A stretch of DNA of 64,000 nt from Planctomycetota bacterium (GCA_022711755.1 JAKLEA010000028.1:3020-67019); one strand, 5' to 3'. Shown: positions 16,988 through 27,057, numbered from the stretch's first letter. Made by a program: numbers and translations. Notes: generated by a model from the letters alone, not told the origin.

Positions 16988-17016
16988 AATATATCAAACT
17001 GTGGCCGTACAGCCAA
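16988..17016 (-). promoter_or_regulatory. sigma-70-like promoter of hisS (TTGGCT-N17-TATATT)
   Basis: Minus strand: TTGGCT at 17016-17011 and TATATT at 16993-16988, leaving about 30 nt of 5' UTR with GAGGA before ATG 16950. Confidence 0.3.
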
Positions 17017-17080
17017 TAGCGCGAACTTCGGATTCGGTTCATTGCGGGCAATCAACCACAGTTTTTTACTGGGTCAATAG

Positions 17081-18001
17081 TCATTCATTCCGCAAGGCGT
17101 CTTCTGACATGGAAACGCCCCTTTCGGCGATCAAAACGCCGGCGACGTTCATTACAAGCGCCGCATAAGTCAGCATACGGACTTGTTCGCCGAGTACCAG
17201 GGCGACCAGCATCAGGCTCAGAAAGGGGCAGAGATAAGCCAGCGGGGCGATTCGCGCCGGGTTGCCGATGCGAAGGGCCATAAGCCACATAACGTAAGCC
17301 AGACCGTTGACCAGCGCGCCCAGGCAGGACAGAAGAAGAATGCATCGGAGCGAAATGGCCGGCAGGCCCTTCTGAAGGACTATAATCACAACGAAGCCTG
17401 CCATTCCGGCTGCATTGTAGATTGTCTGCGAGGCGAAAGGCTTGCTTTGGACTTCTGATGCGTAACTGGAAAATATCGCCCATGACAAGGCGGCCAGGAC
17501 TCCGAGAGCAATTCCGCCGGCGGGAGAGGAATAAGCGGCATTTTCCGCGCCACGCTGCACGAGCACCGCAAGGCATACGCCTGAAAAGCTCAAGGCCAGA
17601 CCAATCCAGCCCGCCGGATGCGCCACGCTGCGCCTTCTCAGAACGCTCAGGAAGACAAGGAACGAGGGCCAGAGGTAGTTGCCGAGAAGGGGGTAGACCG
17701 GGCCTCCGACTCCAATGCCCCGGTAAAACGCGCCGGAGTATACGAAAATGCCCAGGAAGCCCAGCGCGGCAAGCCTTGACAATTCTGAGAAGGTTCGGGG
17801 AAAGGAGGATGGACCTTCAAAGAGCAGGGCGGCAGCCAGATTAAAAATAAGCGCGGCCAGGCACGCGATGGAGACGACATGGAGAGGCGTCGCGCCCCAG
17901 CGATAAGCCATGCTTACCGCGCTTGAGGTTGTGGACCAAAGGAGAATGGTTGCGATTCCGAGGGCAACGGGCGTCCAACGATTTTGTCTCGCGTCAGGCA
18001 T
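17081..18001 (-). CDS. DMT-superfamily (EamA-like) transporter
   Basis: 306 aa, about 10 hydrophobic helices in two EamA-like halves. Confidence 0.75.
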   Translation of the reverse strand: MPDARQNRWTPVALGIATILLWSTTSSAVSMAYRWGATPLHVVSIACLAALIFNLAAALLFEGPSSFPRTFSELSRLAALGFLGIFVYSGAFYRGIGVGGPVYPLLGNYLWPSFLVFLSVLRRRSVAHPAGWIGLALSFSGVCLAVLVQRGAENAAYSSPAGGIALGVLAALSWAIFSSYASEVQSKPFASQTIYNAAGMAGFVVIIVLQKGLPAISLRCILLLSCLGALVNGLAYVMWLMALRIGNPARIAPLAYLCPFLSLMLVALVLGEQVRMLTYAALVMNVAGVLIAERGVSMSEDALRNE

Positions 18002-18033
18002 CAGGCGGGTATTATACGCTGGCTCGGAAGAAG

Positions 18034-18073
18034 ATGCGCATGGCGATATATGCTTCCTCTATGCCATGCGCAT
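18034..18073. repeat. perfect 11-bp inverted repeat ATGCGCATGGC-N18-GCCATGCGCAT in a divergent promoter region
   Basis: Arms at 18034-18044 and 18063-18073. A third partial copy, GCGCATG, lies near 18101. It is 33 nt upstream of the DMT transporter start (18001, minus). Confidence 0.6.
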
Positions 18074-18267
18074 GAAAAGGGAAATTGAAAGTATTGGCTT
18101 GCGCATGTAACAAGTGACACTGGAGCAATCCTGCGGCGGCGGGTGAGGCAACGGTCGGTTATCGCTGCGGGGGACGCGGCGGGAATGCTTGCCGAGGGGC
18201 GGCTGAGAACATATAGTGCGGCGGATGTCCGGTTCATTGACGATTCTCATGCAGGCCCGCCGCATGA

Positions 18268-21200
18268 ATGGATTTTGACGAGGAACCTGTCATGTTCAGC
18301 GCCGATTTCACCAAAGCCCCGCGAGCAATAGTATTTGTTTTCCTTACGGTCTTTCCTGCATTCATTTTAGCTGAAGCAAGCGCGCAGGAACTGAAGCTGA
18401 TACCGTTGCCTCAGACAGTTGCTCAAACGAATGGCGTTTTTGACTTCAAAGGGAAGACCGGTATCACGCTTGGCAAGGCGGATGATGCTCAGGATCGTTT
18501 TGCCGCTTTGCAGCTTGCCGATGAGGTTGAAACGGACCTGGGCATCCGCATCGGCGTGTCCGGTGATGGAGGGGATGGGCGGCGAATTCTGATGGGTGTG
18601 GCCGGGCGGGATGCGGTTATTGACGCTGAGTTGAAACGGCTTGGCGCGAAAGTTCCGGACAAGGGGAGAGAGGCTTACCTGCTGTCCGTAAGGCCGGATG
18701 GGATAGTCATAGCCGGCGTCGGTAATGAAGGCGTGTTTTACGGGGTTCAAACGCTCAAGCAACTGGTTCGAGCCAACGCCGCCGGAACCGCGATACCGTG
18801 CTGTGAAATCAGCGACTGGCCCGCGCTGCGGATTCGCGGATGGCAGGAGGATATCAGCCGCGGGCCGATACCGACGCTGGAGTATCTTAAACGACAGATA
18901 AGAACCATGTCGGAATTCAAACTCAATTTCTTCACGATGTACACCGAACACGTATTCAAGCTGGACAAGCATCCCAGAATTGCGCCCAACGAGGGGTTGA
19001 CGGCGGCCGAGGTCAAGGAATTGTCCGAATACGCAAGGAGTTATCACGTCGAGGTGGCGGGGAATTTCCAGGCGTTCGGGCATTTCGCGAACATTCTGCG
19101 CGTGGACGGGTATCAGCAGCTTGGGGAGAACTGGTGGATCATCACGCCGGCAAAGGAGGAGAGTTACACGTTCCTCAAGGACGTTCTCGGCGAAATCGCC
19201 CCGGCCTACGACAGCCCGCTGTTCGTCATCAACTGCGATGAGACCTATGGGTTGGGCGAGGGGCCGAGCAAGAAGATGGTCGCGGAGATCGGAGTCGGCG
19301 GAGTCTACGCCTATCACATCAATCGTCTGAACGACATTCTGAAGCCGATGGGCAAGCGCTGCATGATGTGGGGGGACATTGCGCTTCACAACAGGGACAT
19401 CATTCCGAAACTGCCGAAAGACCTGATCGTGCTTTCGTGGGGATACCATGCCGGGAAAAGCTTTGATGACGCAATCCTGCCATTCACGGAGATGGGCTTC
19501 GAGTTCATGGTCTGCCCCGGCGTTAGTTGCTGGAGCAGGATATTCCCGTTGACGGCGACGGCGACCGTCAACATATCCAATTACACGCGAGACGGGGCCA
19601 GGCACGGCGCCCTTGGGACGCTGAACACTACGTGGGACGACGATGGGGAAAATCTCTACAGCAATAACTGGCATCCCCTCGTGTGGGGGGCGGAGTGCGC
19701 GTGGTCTCCGGCGATTCCAAAGGATGCTTCCATTGATGGCGACGTTGAACGCGAAAACCGTCTCAAACGGTTCAACGGGGCCTTTGGGCCTGCGTTCTTT
19801 GGCGCGCGGGATAATGCTTACGCGGAAGCGATCCTGATGCTGGAGGAGATGAGCCGTAATCCGCTGGCCGGGGAATTCATGGACGGTTGCTTCTGGGCCG
19901 ATCCCTTCGCGTCGCCCGTGATGCGCCTTGAAGCGGCGAAGGCCGCCGCCGGGAAACTGGTCTCATCCGCCGACGCGGTCCTTGCGAAAATCTCCGAGGC
20001 GCGGACGAAATATGCTCACAACGCCGACGCGCTGGACTTCATGGCCTTCGCAACGCGGCGGGTGAGGTTCCTGGGATTACGAACGCTGACCAGGATTCAG
20101 ATTGGAGAGCGGCTGAAGGTTCTTGACGCCGGCGCGCCCGATCCGCGCGAGGCGGAGGCCGCGCTGGTCGGCGCAAGGATCGGCGCGCTTGCTCTTCTGG
20201 ATGAGGCGGTGAAGCTGAGGGATGAATACGGCAGGCTCTGGCTTTCGGAGAATCGCGTCTGGTGGCTGGATGAGAACCTCCGTAAATACGATCGTCTTGA
20301 GAAAACCATGCTTGACAAGCGGGACGCGATTGCGAAGGCGCTCTACGGCCTGCGCGCCGAGGGGCGGGTTCCGTCCGCGGAATCTCTTGGTCTGGACCTG
20401 GCCGAGACCGGCGTGAGGAATACGTCCGCAAGGTTTGACGCCGCAATGGCGGAGATGAAGAGCGCGTGGCTTGAGGGTGGCGGTGATGCGCGAATACCCA
20501 TAGTTTGGCAGGCCGGCAAGTTCGCCCGGATTGACTGTCCGGTCGAGATGGTTCTTCCGCGCGGCGGGGCGTTCGATCGTTTTCTGCCCCTGAAGCCGGA
20601 AAAGGTTGCCATGGCGGAGGAGATGAAGGACGGCTCGCTCAAGCCGGTTCCGTGTCAGGTTGACGGCGGAGGCTGCCTGACGTGGGTTGTTCCGGGGAGG
20701 ACGGATGCCGGGGGGCGGAGGATTTTCTGGCTTTATCCCGAGGCAAACATTGCGCCGCCGGTTCCGTCCGGGGCCGTCAGCGCAAGGCCGGATGACGCGG
20801 GCGGTTTCTGGATCGAGAACGACCGCATCGCCGCGCGCGTGATGCCGGAGGGCGGGCACATATATGTCTGGAAGGTCAAGGCGCTGGGCGGTCTTGACGT
20901 AACGCAACCGGGCGAGGCGGACTGGTTTGGATTCTCGGACGCGGGATGGGGGGAAAGGGCGAAGAAGCATAGGATCGAGCTTGTTGCCGCTGGGCCGGTA
21001 ATGGCGCGGCTCCGGTGCATTCCCGAGACGGACGGGATAGCCAGGGAACTGACCTTCCGGGCGGGAAAGGGGCTTTGCGAGGTCACGTTGGACGCCGGCG
21101 TCGGGTTTTACTGGGATTACGATGATGCAGAGGTCATGGGAAGGCGGTCAAAGACACCCGGAGCTTATCTGTTCTCAGACGGTGCGGCGGGGGAGTTGCC

Positions 21201-21504
21201 GGAAACCGGCGATTTAAGTGTGGCGCAGCCGAATACGGTCTGGGGATTTAAGCATCGTCCGGATCGTCTGATGCTGGCGTCAATAACGCCGGGTGTTCCC
21301 ACGACGCACCGGGTCGGTCCCGGCGGCGGCATGGGCGGGACGGGGATCGAGGGAGGACAGGCGGCGTCGCACTTCGTGACGGTCTGCGACGTTATCGAGG
21401 CGGACCACGCCGGGACATGCAACGAACTTGCGGAGACGCTGAACCTGAAGTCGCAAGCGACGGTCTCAATCGGTCCGGCGATGCCGCGGACCGGCAAGGA
21501 GTGA
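18268..21504 (+). CDS. secreted GH20-like beta-N-acetylhexosaminidase (HexD-like) with ~550-aa uncharacterised C-terminal region
   Basis: 1078 aa. N-terminal LKLIPLPQTV. TIM-barrel start LRIRGWQEDISRGPIP..FKLNFFTMYTEH. Catalytic-region motif INCDETYGLGEG (compare the GH20 H/C-x-G-x-DE motif). The exact start (18268 or 18292) is uncertain. Confidence 0.7.
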   Translation: MDFDEEPVMFSADFTKAPRAIVFVFLTVFPAFILAEASAQELKLIPLPQTVAQTNGVFDFKGKTGITLGKADDAQDRFAALQLADEVETDLGIRIGVSGDGGDGRRILMGVAGRDAVIDAELKRLGAKVPDKGREAYLLSVRPDGIVIAGVGNEGVFYGVQTLKQLVRANAAGTAIPCCEISDWPALRIRGWQEDISRGPIPTLEYLKRQIRTMSEFKLNFFTMYTEHVFKLDKHPRIAPNEGLTAAEVKELSEYARSYHVEVAGNFQAFGHFANILRVDGYQQLGENWWIITPAKEESYTFLKDVLGEIAPAYDSPLFVINCDETYGLGEGPSKKMVAEIGVGGVYAYHINRLNDILKPMGKRCMMWGDIALHNRDIIPKLPKDLIVLSWGYHAGKSFDDAILPFTEMGFEFMVCPGVSCWSRIFPLTATATVNISNYTRDGARHGALGTLNTTWDDDGENLYSNNWHPLVWGAECAWSPAIPKDASIDGDVERENRLKRFNGAFGPAFFGARDNAYAEAILMLEEMSRNPLAGEFMDGCFWADPFASPVMRLEAAKAAAGKLVSSADAVLAKISEARTKYAHNADALDFMAFATRRVRFLGLRTLTRIQIGERLKVLDAGAPDPREAEAALVGARIGALALLDEAVKLRDEYGRLWLSENRVWWLDENLRKYDRLEKTMLDKRDAIAKALYGLRAEGRVPSAESLGLDLAETGVRNTSARFDAAMAEMKSAWLEGGGDARIPIVWQAGKFARIDCPVEMVLPRGGAFDRFLPLKPEKVAMAEEMKDGSLKPVPCQVDGGGCLTWVVPGRTDAGGRRIFWLYPEANIAPPVPSGAVSARPDDAGGFWIENDRIAARVMPEGGHIYVWKVKALGGLDVTQPGEADWFGFSDAGWGERAKKHRIELVAAGPVMARLRCIPETDGIARELTFRAGKGLCEVTLDAGVGFYWDYDDAEVMGRRSKTPGAYLFSDGAAGELPETGDLSVAQPNTVWGFKHRPDRLMLASITPGVPTTHRVGPGGGMGGTGIEGGQAASHFVTVCDVIEADHAGTCNELAETLNLKSQATVSIGPAMPRTGKE

Positions 21505-21626
21505 CGCGGAACGATACAGTTCGGGATCGCGGGGTATCAGAGACGGATTTTTCAACCGCAAAGGCGCATGGCGCGAACCGGGTTTAGTGCGATGGCGGCG
21601 CAGCAGTTTTTCTTACATTGCCACGT

Positions 21627-22355
21627 TCAGCGGGACAGCTTATTCACGATCCGGGTTTGGAAGGCGCAGGTTTCGGCGTTGATGAATCTCACCATGAGCG
21701 AGACCTTGTTGTCGTCGTTCAGCGCCGTCCAGTAGAGGTTGAGCGTGGCGTCAATGTCGTTGGGGATTTCGACGGGCTGAGGTTCACCCTCGAAGGACGG
21801 CAGGGGAGCGCCGTCGCCGCTATAGGTCGCTATGAAATGGCCGATTCCCGGTATTCCGCGACCGTAGCTGTAAATCTGGCGCGCGGGCAGTTCCGGGTTG
21901 TTGTCCATGGTTTTGAGAATGCCGATCTGATACTGGTGCGCACCGCAGCCGGGCGCGACCACGGCGGAGATGCGCGGTGTGAAGTTCGGGGCGTCAGGCT
22001 CGAAGGTCCGACCATAGAGGGCCTTTTCGAAGGAGCCGCCGGACTTCAGCGAATCGTGGATCGTGTCCGTCTGATCGCCGTTGCTGACGATGAATGTGCG
22101 ATCCAGAACGCGGGCGCAATTGTAGATGATGAGGGATGGGTCTTTCACCTTGGAGGCGTCGAACGGGGCAGTTCGAACGACGTCGCCTTCGGCGATGAAG
22201 ACGCGGTTTCTGCTGTTCTCGCTCCGGCCCATTATCCAGTAGACCTGGACGAGGTTTCTCGCGTCGGGCGTCATCCCGATCACGATGCCGCGTCCGGGAT
22301 AAACATTGGCTCTCAGATTTTTCATGTTCTGTCCGGCGGCGTCGCGGATTTTCAT
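21627..22355 (-). CDS. purO: IMP cyclohydrolase, archaeal PurO type
   Basis: ORF track gives 21627..22475. I prefer ATG 22355, preceded by AAGGAG. Motifs ANVYPGRGIVIGMTPD, VQVYWIMGRSENSRNR, IVSNGDQTD. Confidence 0.7.
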   Translation of the reverse strand: MKIRDAAGQNMKNLRANVYPGRGIVIGMTPDARNLVQVYWIMGRSENSRNRVFIAEGDVVRTAPFDASKVKDPSLIIYNCARVLDRTFIVSNGDQTDTIHDSLKSGGSFEKALYGRTFEPDAPNFTPRISAVVAPGCGAHQYQIGILKTMDNNPELPARQIYSYGRGIPGIGHFIATYSGDGAPLPSFEGEPQPVEIPNDIDATLNLYWTALNDDNKVSLMVRFINAETCAFQTRIVNKLSR

Positions 22356-22532
22356 TCTCGTTCTCCTTGGGATTGCTTTTGGGGGATCATGGGACGGGGG
22401 GATCAGGGAACGTCCTGCGCGTCTCCCCGCGATTTGTGCGGGCGATATGATATGCGATTCGGGAGCGAATTCCAATATCTCGATCCGGGGAAAAGCTCGC
22501 TCCAGTGGAGAGATTGTCGGGAAGGTTTTTCA

Positions 22533-22571
22533 AACCACGAAGACACGAAGACACAAAGGCGCGAAGAACGG
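22533..22571 (+). repeat. 'HEDTK'-type intergenic repeat (copy 1)
   Basis: AACCACGAAGACACGAAGACACAAAGGCGCGAAGAACGG. Internally repetitive (CACGAAGA / CACAAAGG / GCGAAGAA units). Related to 32948-32980. Confidence 0.6.
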
Positions 22572-22764
22572 AGGGAGGGGGGTAAGGACTGAAAGTTTGC
22601 GTTCCAGCGTATTGGCGCACAAGGTTTCACTAAAGCGCCGCGCAGCAATGGAAACGTGTTTCGGATTTCATATCCAGTGGTAGAATGTCCGGTATGGCGG
22701 ATGTTTGGAGTTCGTTGGCAGTCATCGAGCGGCATATGCTGCATCAGTGTTCGTGGACATCGTC

Positions 22765-25269
22765 ATGTTGAAATCGGATGGGAAGTCAAATACGGTTTCT
22801 GGAGGCGCGGGTTTGCGTCGCGTAGTCGCCCGGCTTCTGCCGGCGCTCGCCATATTCGCGCTGGCGGGCGTTACGGCCCCGGCCGGGGAGGGCGCGCCGC
22901 CGCTCTGGAAGGCGGTCCCGGCGCAGAAGGTCATCATTATCGAGGCGGAGAACCTGGAGGGAAGCTGGCGGGAGCAGACCAACATACCCGGCTTCTCCGG
23001 GCGGGGCTTCAGGACCTCGAACGCTGATGGCGTCGCGAAGACCCCGCTGAGCGGAGAGGTTGACATTCCCGAAACCGGGGTCTACGCCGTCTGGGTAAGG
23101 GCTTGGGAAGGCGGCGGGGACAGGCGGTTGCGGGCGAGGCTTGGCGGGCAGGCGCTGGGGACGACGCACGACGGGCGCTTCCCCGGACGGTTTTCGTGGC
23201 AACGGGCCGGGCAGGCGGAGTTGCCCGCCGGCAGGGCGCGGCTCGAAATCTGGGATGCGGGCAACGGTTACGAAACGGCGGACGCTGTGATGATGACAAA
23301 AGACCTTGTGTACCATCCGGAACTGGAATTGCTGAAACTCTCCGTCATGACGGGCGAGGAGATTGAGAAGCAGGAGGCGGACTACGTGGCATGGATGTCC
23401 GCGCCGCGCTTCTTCAAGACGTGGAACGTCGAGTCCTGGCGCGCGCGGCGCGAGGTTGTGCGTGAGCATGTCCTTGACAGCCTGGGCCTGTATCCGCTGC
23501 CGGCGAGTCTGCCGCTGGACGTCAATTACGGCGGGAGCATCGAACGCGACGGTTACGTGCTGACGCGCGTCTACTGGCAGGTATGGGAGGGGGTCTACGG
23601 CTCCGGCTATCTCGCCCGGGCCGCCAACCTGCCGAAGGACGCGAAGGTTCCCGGCGTTCTGTGCCCGCACGGGCACTGGTCGAACGGGCTGAAGGAGGAT
23701 ACAGTCCAGCGGCGGATCATCAACCTGGCGCTGAAAGGTTACGTGGTTCTCGGGACGGACAACGTCCACGTCTACAACTACGCGGCGGGAGTCCAGCCTC
23801 TGGGCGCGATGACGTGGAGCAACATGCGCGCGTTGGACCTGCTGTGCGGACTGCCGGAGGTTGACGCGTCGCGGATCGGCTGCGCGGGGTGTTCAGGGGG
23901 GGGGCAGCAGACGTTCTTTCTCGTGTCGGTTGATGATCGCGTGACCAGCGCGGTCGTGGTCGGCATGAGCCAGCAGCTTCGCGCGATCATGCATCACAAG
24001 AACGTCCATTGCACGTGCAACCACGTCGCGGGACTGATGTCCGAGACGGACATGCCGGAGATGATCGCCTGCGCGGCGCCGCGTCCGGTCAGACACATCA
24101 TCATGCAGGATTGGACGTCCGCCTTCGACAAGCAGGGATTCCCGGATTGCGTTTCCGTGTATCGGCTGTTCGGCGCTGAGGATAAAACGGATTTCCGATT
24201 CCACGACACGGGGCACGACTATAACGCACCCAAGCGGGAACAGACGTATGAATGGTTCAATCGCCACCTTATGGGCAAGGAGAACGCGGAGGCGAATCGG
24301 GAGATCGAGCTTGACCCGCCGAGCGTGAAGGAGCTGGAGTCGCTGGACCACGGCGACGTGAGAACGCTCAACGCGTCCGGTCCGGAGACGACGGCAATGA
24401 TTGCCACTGAGCTGCTGAAGCGGCGCGGAGCCGCGATTCCGGCGGCGGATAACGCCGACGCCCTGATCCATTACATTGCCGGGGTTCCGGAACGGTTGAC
24501 GGCGGTACTGCGGATACCCCAGCCCGACGCGAAACCGTCCGTTCAACTCCGGGAGACGGGTGAATTCCGCGGACGGGCGATGTTGAAGCTGACCATCGAG
24601 GTCGAACCGGGAGTCCGCATTCCGGCGATATTGCTGCGGGAACTTGGCGCGCCGGCGGGGGGGAGGGCATTCATATTCGCCCCGCCGGAAGGGCTTGCAT
24701 CGCTGGCATCTAAGGAGGTCTTCGATTGTGTTACGCCGCTGATTGATGCGGGCAATGCCGTGCTTGTCGTCAATCTGAGGACTCTTGGCGAGTTCGCTCC
24801 CGTGGCGCAGGCGCAGGACATCAACGGTCTGATTTACGGGCGGGCTGCTTTGTCAATGATGACGTCCGATCTGCTTGCTGCTGTGGCTGCGCTGAGGACG
24901 TGGGACAAGACGCGGGCGGGGCAGGTGGGGCTTATCGGGTGGCGCGATACGGCGGTTGCCGCCCTGACGGCAGGGGCGCTTGACCGCGGGATAGAGCCGA
25001 TTGCCGCGATTGACATCGGGGCGACTTACCGGCAGGCGGACCGCAAGCCCCGCGCGCCGCATGTCCTGATGGTCGGGGATGTGCAGCAATTTGCGGCCGC
25101 GATAACGCACAGGCGGCTGATCGTCTCCGGATTGCAGCCAAAGGAATGCGACGACTGGCTGAATACGGCGAGCCGGACCCTCAATTCGCGAATTCCCAAC
25201 GGTTCACAGGTTCACGTACTCGGCGGCGTCCCGGCCGGGGAGGTTATTGCGCGCGCGACTGGAAAGTGA
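22765..25269 (+). CDS. large secreted protein: CBM-like N-terminal domain plus alpha/beta-hydrolase (acetyl-xylan-esterase-like) domain plus a second degenerate alpha/beta-like domain
   Basis: ORF track gives 22705..25269. The start is uncertain; ATG 22765 gives signal RLLPALAIFALAGVTAPAGE. N-terminal IIIEAENLEGSW..GFSGRGF. Nucleophile elbow GCAGCSGGGQQTF. The later GWRDTA stretch lacks the Ser. Confidence 0.6.
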   Translation: MLKSDGKSNTVSGGAGLRRVVARLLPALAIFALAGVTAPAGEGAPPLWKAVPAQKVIIIEAENLEGSWREQTNIPGFSGRGFRTSNADGVAKTPLSGEVDIPETGVYAVWVRAWEGGGDRRLRARLGGQALGTTHDGRFPGRFSWQRAGQAELPAGRARLEIWDAGNGYETADAVMMTKDLVYHPELELLKLSVMTGEEIEKQEADYVAWMSAPRFFKTWNVESWRARREVVREHVLDSLGLYPLPASLPLDVNYGGSIERDGYVLTRVYWQVWEGVYGSGYLARAANLPKDAKVPGVLCPHGHWSNGLKEDTVQRRIINLALKGYVVLGTDNVHVYNYAAGVQPLGAMTWSNMRALDLLCGLPEVDASRIGCAGCSGGGQQTFFLVSVDDRVTSAVVVGMSQQLRAIMHHKNVHCTCNHVAGLMSETDMPEMIACAAPRPVRHIIMQDWTSAFDKQGFPDCVSVYRLFGAEDKTDFRFHDTGHDYNAPKREQTYEWFNRHLMGKENAEANREIELDPPSVKELESLDHGDVRTLNASGPETTAMIATELLKRRGAAIPAADNADALIHYIAGVPERLTAVLRIPQPDAKPSVQLRETGEFRGRAMLKLTIEVEPGVRIPAILLRELGAPAGGRAFIFAPPEGLASLASKEVFDCVTPLIDAGNAVLVVNLRTLGEFAPVAQAQDINGLIYGRAALSMMTSDLLAAVAALRTWDKTRAGQVGLIGWRDTAVAALTAGALDRGIEPIAAIDIGATYRQADRKPRAPHVLMVGDVQQFAAAITHRRLIVSGLQPKECDDWLNTASRTLNSRIPNGSQVHVLGGVPAGEVIARATGK

Positions 25270-25293
25270 CGGTGTTAAGCGCTCATTGCTCCT

Positions 25294-27057
25294 TTATTGC
25301 GCGGATATGCGGAGGCGCACTTCGTTTTTCGTTCGCCCCGTGGAGAATGGGAGGCACAGAACGGCCCGGGCCGAGGAAATGTCGGCTGAGCCGTCTCTCT
25401 TATAGGGGTTGTGGGGCAGCTTCGGCCACACAAGCCGAGAACCGACAGGCGCGGAAATGCCCACCCCCCCAAACTCGAATGATGCGTCCGCGCCCCCGAC
25501 GTCCATGCTGATTTCCTTATCGTCGAGCTTAAGTTCAGCTTTCCCCGCCGATTTTACGATACCATCCAGTTTCATAAGCGGGAGGTGCGCCTCCACTGGT
25601 TTGTCCATCGCGCCTGCCACTTCACAGGTGATGAGGAGATTCTCCGCGTCCGGAATACTTATGCCTATCTTGCAGTCATGCGCGCCGTAGCGGAGCAGGA
25701 GGGCGTCGCCATCTGCTATCCGGGCGTTATCCGGCGTGTAGATAAGGTCGCCCTTCGGAGCGAAGTCGGGATTAGCGTCACCGGGAGTGTGCCGCAGGAG
25801 TGACGGATCACCAACCGTGAAATTGCTGAAAAATGGCTGGAGTTTGGTATTCCCGCCGCCGATTATGAGGCCGATTTTGTCGTGGTATACGCTAAGGAAG
25901 CTCTGCCGGTCCTGAATCCATCTGCTTGGCGAAGGCTCAGCGATGTATGCGCTCAGACAGACGAACCAGGGGCCGCGACGGATTACCTTCGCCTCGTTAT
26001 TTCCGAGCACAAAGCTTGCGTCTTCGCGGCTGGATGCGGGGGGGATGGTTTCTCCGGTCCGACCGTAAAGCAGCATGGACGCGCAGTAGTCAGCGGAGAA
26101 ACGCGGTTGAACCGCCATGAGGAGCCGGCACTGCCTGGAGAGATATCCCCTGCCTTCGGGCGTCATGGTGAAGCCGACGTTGCCGATCTGGATTGAGGCG
26201 TGGTAGGGATTCCTCTCATCAATCGTTTCGACGCATGAGCCGTTCGGATACGTGAAATTTGAGTGAAAGGCTGCCGCGCGAGCGAGGGCCGGGAGGACGG
26301 ATTCGTCGCCGGAAAGTGAGAAGTAGACGCCAATGGCGTCCGTATAGACGAAGTTGTATGAGACGACCGGCCCCGAATGCTCAGACCACCAGCCTGATGA
26401 TGATTGCGCTGAAATGACGCGAGCCATGAACTCGGCGGCCTGGCGTTTCCAGTCCGGACGATTGAAGACCATGCCGGCGCAATACAGGCTCATTGCGTGA
26501 TGCGTTGGGATGTTATGAACGCTGCCCAGACAGCTTTTGGATATTCCTTCGAATCCGAGAAGCAGCCCCTTTTCCCATTTGGCCTTTCGATTTTCCGGCA
26601 TCGCGTCCCTGATGAGAAGGTAGGCCCTGATCCAGCGGCTGTATGTCCAGGGCATGAATATCTGTCCCCACGTGGAGTTGTCTTTCTTTCGGAAGGTCCA
26701 CATTCCTTCGGCGTCCTGAGCGTCGGTTAGGGCGTCGCCGCCGCTCATGATCGCCTCAAGCAGATCAGCCGAATGAAAATAAGGATTTGCGCCGTCCTCA
26801 ACGGCCCATGCGGCGGCAAGCGGGAAAATAACATTCTGATCCTGACACGTCCAGGGTTGCGTGCCGAACCTGCCGGATTCCCTGTCCTGTGATTTGAGAA
26901 TATCCGGGACTGCGTTGACAAGGTCATCAAGGAATTGTTCTCTCATGTTCCATTGCTCCTTCTCATCGGCGTCAAGCGTAAAACAGAAGTGGATAATGAA
27001 GGTCGCCAAGGCAAGCATGAGGATTCTCACTCTTCGGTACCTCCACAGGCGGGGCAT
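25294..27057 (-). CDS. secreted hypothetical protein, possibly alpha/alpha-toroid plus beta-sandwich polysaccharide lyase/hydrolase-like
   Basis: ORF track extends to 27465, but that N-terminus is low-complexity and overlaps the divergent gene. ATG 27057 gives signal MPRLWRYRRVRILMLALATFIIHF. Trp-rich helical repeats (WTYSRWIRAYLL, SSGWWSEHSGP). The family call is weak. Confidence 0.5.
   Translation of the reverse strand: MPRLWRYRRVRILMLALATFIIHFCFTLDADEKEQWNMREQFLDDLVNAVPDILKSQDRESGRFGTQPWTCQDQNVIFPLAAAWAVEDGANPYFHSADLLEAIMSGGDALTDAQDAEGMWTFRKKDNSTWGQIFMPWTYSRWIRAYLLIRDAMPENRKAKWEKGLLLGFEGISKSCLGSVHNIPTHHAMSLYCAGMVFNRPDWKRQAAEFMARVISAQSSSGWWSEHSGPVVSYNFVYTDAIGVYFSLSGDESVLPALARAAAFHSNFTYPNGSCVETIDERNPYHASIQIGNVGFTMTPEGRGYLSRQCRLLMAVQPRFSADYCASMLLYGRTGETIPPASSREDASFVLGNNEAKVIRRGPWFVCLSAYIAEPSPSRWIQDRQSFLSVYHDKIGLIIGGGNTKLQPFFSNFTVGDPSLLRHTPGDANPDFAPKGDLIYTPDNARIADGDALLLRYGAHDCKIGISIPDAENLLITCEVAGAMDKPVEAHLPLMKLDGIVKSAGKAELKLDDKEISMDVGGADASFEFGGVGISAPVGSRLVWPKLPHNPYKRDGSADISSARAVLCLPFSTGRTKNEVRLRISAQ

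Noticed and set aside
16951-17080. A T-box leader upstream of hisS (and of aspS at 14732-14818), as in Firmicutes hisS-aspS operons.
   Set aside because: The available leaders are only about 30-130 nt, versus about 200-300 nt for T-boxes. No T-box consensus or specifier/antiterminator architecture was seen.
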